Positions 43,162-45,687 of a DNA stretch of 45,687 bases are shown here, in pieces (position 1 is the stretch's first letter; each line of letters starts with the position of its first letter). The notes beneath the pieces were generated by a model. The model did no database searches. It saw only the letters and a list, made by a program, of their open reading frames with translations, and had not been told where the DNA came from. This DNA comes from an uncultured virus (IMG/VR IMGVR_UViG_2049941000_000247). Its lineage: Duplodnaviria > Heunggongvirae > Uroviricota > Caudoviricetes. The stretch is from the IMG/VR virus record IMGVR_UViG_2049941000_000247. One strand, given 5' to 3'. Made by a program: the position numbers and the translations under genes.

Positions 43162-43302
43162 ATGACGAGTCCGCGCTATCCCTGCAGATCCTGCGTTTAC
43201 TTCAGGGTATGCGGGAATTCTAACCGCAGGGAATTCTGCGCCGGGCGTAAGACGAAGCGGCAGCAGAAACGTGAAAAGAAGGAGGAGCGCAAATGTACAT
43301 GA
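43162..43302 (+). CDS. Small Cys-rich basic protein (46 aa, MTSPRYPCRSCVYFRVCG...C)
   Basis: ATGA overlap with the upstream ORF. CxxC-x5-C-x8-C pattern. Confidence 0.55.
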   Translation: MTSPRYPCRSCVYFRVCGNSNRREFCAGRKTKRQQKREKKEERKCT

Positions 43303-43455
43303 GCATGACCATGGGTAATCTGGTTGATACCAGGCGCGAGGTTTTTCTTCAGATGATCGAAAGCCTGGTCAGATTTCACACGCCTGATTTCCGCTGGCGT
43401 GTATACAACGCCTGATTTCCGCTCAAATATGATATGATGTGAAGGAGGCTACCGT

Positions 43456-43650
43456 GTGAAATACTGTGTGACCATCGTCAGGACTGGCTGCATTTTCGTC
43501 GAGGCTGATAGCGAAGCAAAGGCGATAGATATTGCCGACCATCAACTTACGGACACGATTTCCTGGTCTGATGACTGGAGCCCAACTGATGCAGAACCGG
43601 ATGATTCTATCCCAGACAACATGTGTATCAGAGAACGGGCTTTTGAATAA
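43456..43650 (+). CDS. Small acidic protein, possibly DpnD/PcfM-like (64 aa)
   Basis: RBS AAGGAGG. YxVTI...VEADSEAKAI pattern. Family call is tentative. Confidence 0.65.
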   Translation: MKYCVTIVRTGCIFVEADSEAKAIDIADHQLTDTISWSDDWSPTDAEPDDSIPDNMCIRERAFE

Positions 43651-43693
43651 GGGATGACCACAACCTGATTTCCCCGTATATCCTCATTTTCCT

Positions 43694-43809
43694 ACGGTAG
43701 TTACCGTGGGATTTTTGAGGTCAACGCCTTCGGCAGGGTAACTATACTGCCTGACATATCATCATAAAATTATAACGGCAATTACCGTTGGTTTTTCGGT
43801 ACTTGCCGT
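43694..43809. promoter_or_regulatory. Three related 14-bp palindromes (putative operators)
   Basis: ACGGTAGTTACCGT (43694), ACGGCAATTACCGT (43775), TCGGTACTTGCCGT (43796). Confidence 0.6.
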
Positions 43810-43814
43810 TTTTC

Positions 43815-44400
43815 AAAACCGGACGTGGCGCGGGAATTACGCAGCGTACTTACCCATGTGATCCCGTGGCGTAAATAGTTTGCAGGTGACGCCCTAACGT
43901 CCACGTAAACCGCAGGTCAGGACGCGGAAACGAAGATGATCGCAAAACCTCCCACAGGCCACAGGCCGAACGGGGCTCGATAGGATTTTTCAGATACATC
44001 GGATACGCCTTCCGCTGCAATGGCCGGGAAGTTATGACGGTCTTTCCGGACAGATATGAGGGGAAAAGAATATGGGCGGTGATTCTTTTGTTAGATGTTT
44101 TCTTGCGCCGCCGCAAGCGAGGTTCGAAGGACTGGGTGCACAGCACCACCGGCATTTTGCCACCAGCGGCAGTCCGGGTGCGGTACAATTCCGCAGGGCG
44201 GGTTTTGACTTCCCACCCGCCTAACGCTCAGACCGCACGGGTTTTATGCGCATGAAGCTCTTGCGGCGTGCGGGCGCATACGATAATGCGCAAGTCAGGG
44301 AAATGCAGACCTGGCGGACGGGATATTGGAAGTGCATCCTTACCGGTGGGAGGGTTAACGATGCCGGGCGCAGTTATGCGCAAGGGTAAAACCGGGACCG
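43815..44400 (+). ncRNA. Candidate large structured non-coding RNA (boundaries and strand approximate)
   Basis: No RBS-led ORF in ~770 bp. At least nine local stems plus a long-range helix CCTCCCAC (43948-43955) / GTGGGAGG (44346-44353). Confidence 0.55.
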
Positions 44401-44417
44401 TCTAAAAGAAAGGGGCG

Positions 44418-44729
44418 ATGCGAATGATCAAGAAATTGGCTTCATACATCGACGACCACCTCGACTACATCCGGTATCTGTGGCCGGATAAGAACGTCTC
44501 CGCAAGATTCAAGTTCCTGAACTGGGTTTCTGCGGACTGGCTGCGCATACGCATCAACGACGTTCGGTCAGCCGTTTATCGTGTGCATATGTATTCTGAT
44601 ATGTACAAGCGCAGCATCGAACCGGACGGTGTTCCGCTCAACGAAGAGGAGCTCCGCAGGATTTTGGACAATGTCTGCCGACATCTTGAGCGTGTCGACA
44701 TGTGTGCGGAAGAACTTTTCAGGATATAA
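44418..44729 (+). CDS. 'DHLxxIRYLWP' family paralog 2 (103 aa)
   Basis: IDDHLDYIRYLWPDKNVSARFKFLN. RBS AAAGGGG. Confidence 0.8.
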   Translation: MRMIKKLASYIDDHLDYIRYLWPDKNVSARFKFLNWVSADWLRIRINDVRSAVYRVHMYSDMYKRSIEPDGVPLNEEELRRILDNVCRHLERVDMCAEELFRI

Positions 44730-44741
44730 GGAGGAAACAGA

Positions 44742-44897
44742 ATGAATACGCTCATGGATATCATCTACGCCGTCGGTCTTGCCGGCGGCTTTGCTTTCGT
44801 CCTGTTCGTATGCGACGGGGTTTTCGATCTCTGCTATGCGAAGATTCCCCGGTTTCACAACGCGGTGGATCGGTTCTTCGATTCGCTGGAGGACTGA
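44742..44897 (+). CDS. Small membrane protein (51 aa)
   Basis: RBS AAGGAGG. MNTLMDIIYAVGLAGGFAFVLFVCDGVF..., one hydrophobic segment. Confidence 0.7.
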   Translation: MNTLMDIIYAVGLAGGFAFVLFVCDGVFDLCYAKIPRFHNAVDRFFDSLED

Positions 44898-44900
44898 GCC

Positions 44901-45089
44901 ATGTCTGGTAAAACTACATACGCCTACGAGCGTGACGATAACCTGGGTTTTTACAAAGTCACGTTCATCAACGAACGGGGAGTCAGGCTGACGCGCAGCT
45001 TTGATTCCCCGTATTTCACTCGCCAGTTTGTAAACAAACTGAGACGTAGCAAGAAGTGCAAGCTGGTTTCCTATCCAAGTTACTTTTAA
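44901..45089 (+). CDS. Hypothetical basic protein (62 aa)
   Basis: RBS GGAGG, clean ORF. Confidence 0.7.
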   Translation: MSGKTTYAYERDDNLGFYKVTFINERGVRLTRSFDSPYFTRQFVNKLRRSKKCKLVSYPSYF

Positions 45090-45102
45090 GGAGGCGGTTG
45101 CC

Positions 45103-45426
45103 ATGACCGGGTTTTTCCGCAAAGTCTGTAACAAGATCGACGACCACCTGAATTGTGTTAGGTATCTCTGGCCTGACAAGAATGTCTCAGTACGTTTCAA
45201 GTTCCTGAATCTCCTGAGCGCAGACCGGCTACGCGTCAAAGTGAATAATGTTTCCGCTGAGGTACGAAGAGCGGTTTATCTCATCAGAATGTATGCCGGT
45301 GTCTACGAGCGTTCCGTGGCTTCTAAAGACCCGCTCAATCCGGAGCAAATGGATAAGGTTTTGCAGCTCATCTGCAAAGACCTCGACTATCTGGAAAGAA
45401 AGACGGACGACCTGTACAAAATCTAA
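45103..45426 (+). CDS. 'DHLxxIRYLWP' family paralog 3 (107 aa)
   Basis: IDDHLNCVRYLWPDKNVSVRFKFLN. RBS AAGGAGG. Confidence 0.8.
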   Translation: MTGFFRKVCNKIDDHLNCVRYLWPDKNVSVRFKFLNLLSADRLRVKVNNVSAEVRRAVYLIRMYAGVYERSVASKDPLNPEQMDKVLQLICKDLDYLERKTDDLYKI

Positions 45427-45687
45427 GGAGGCNNNNNNNNNNTGGGATTTTTTCAAAGATCAGGTAAAGACGCTGGTTCATTCCTACATCCCCATCGCAC
45501 AGGCCGACGGCGGTGTGACGATCCTGATGGGTGTCGAATACTCCGGTATGCCGAACATCATCGTCATGGTCGAAGGCGATGTGGTCATGGAGGAGCTGGC
45601 AACAGGCAAGGAGGATCTTGCGGACACGCTTGAGTATATCTACAGCGTCTACGCGAGTGACCGTGGGTATGCCACGGGCTTGTCCGA

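Larger units (their letters stand above)
1..45687. mobile_element. Part of a large SPbeta-like siphovirus/prophage genome (late module plus start of early region)
   Basis: Gene order RNAP - phosphoesterase - HU - terminase - portal - protease - capsid - connectors - tail tube - tape measure resembles the SPbeta yon/yom late cluster. Bacillota-type GGAGG RBSs. No host housekeeping genes seen. Confidence 0.93.

Noticed and set aside
43850..44255. ORFs 43850-44188 (-) and 44034-44255 (+)
   Set aside because: No convincing SD at a suitable spacing and atypical composition; the region is better explained as structured RNA.

Overview
Gappy scaffold (many N runs) of a large SPbeta-like Bacillota (probably clostridial) siphovirus or prophage. 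The minus strand from ~38.2 kb down to 0.7 kb reads, in transcription order: tyrosine recombinase, P-loop helicase-like protein, YonO-type single-subunit RNA polymerase, Zn-finger protein, metallophosphoesterase, HU-like protein, terminase, portal, prohead protease/scaffold, decoration and major capsid proteins, head-tail connectors, two paralogous tail tube proteins, a DUF1064 nuclease plus C5 methyltransferase, tail chaperones and a ~9.5-kb tape measure gene. The plus strand from ~40 kb carries small early-type genes. Main findings: (1) two group I introns with homing endonucleases, one in the RNA polymerase gene and one in the portal gene, with splice sites resolvable from the sequence; (2) a C5 methyltransferase split over two overlapping reading frames; (3) a ~600-nt non-coding, heavily base-paired candidate large ncRNA preceded by three operator-like palindromes; (4) a self-contained 240-bp cassette encoding a 23-aa cationic peptide with type I toxin-like mRNA architecture; (5) a tail tube paralog with two inserted domains; (6) a CGGCCR-dense divergence region and a strand-biased GGTTT motif in the early region. 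Two short contigs appear misplaced by scaffolding. All family assignments come from motifs and gene order read by eye, not from database searches.
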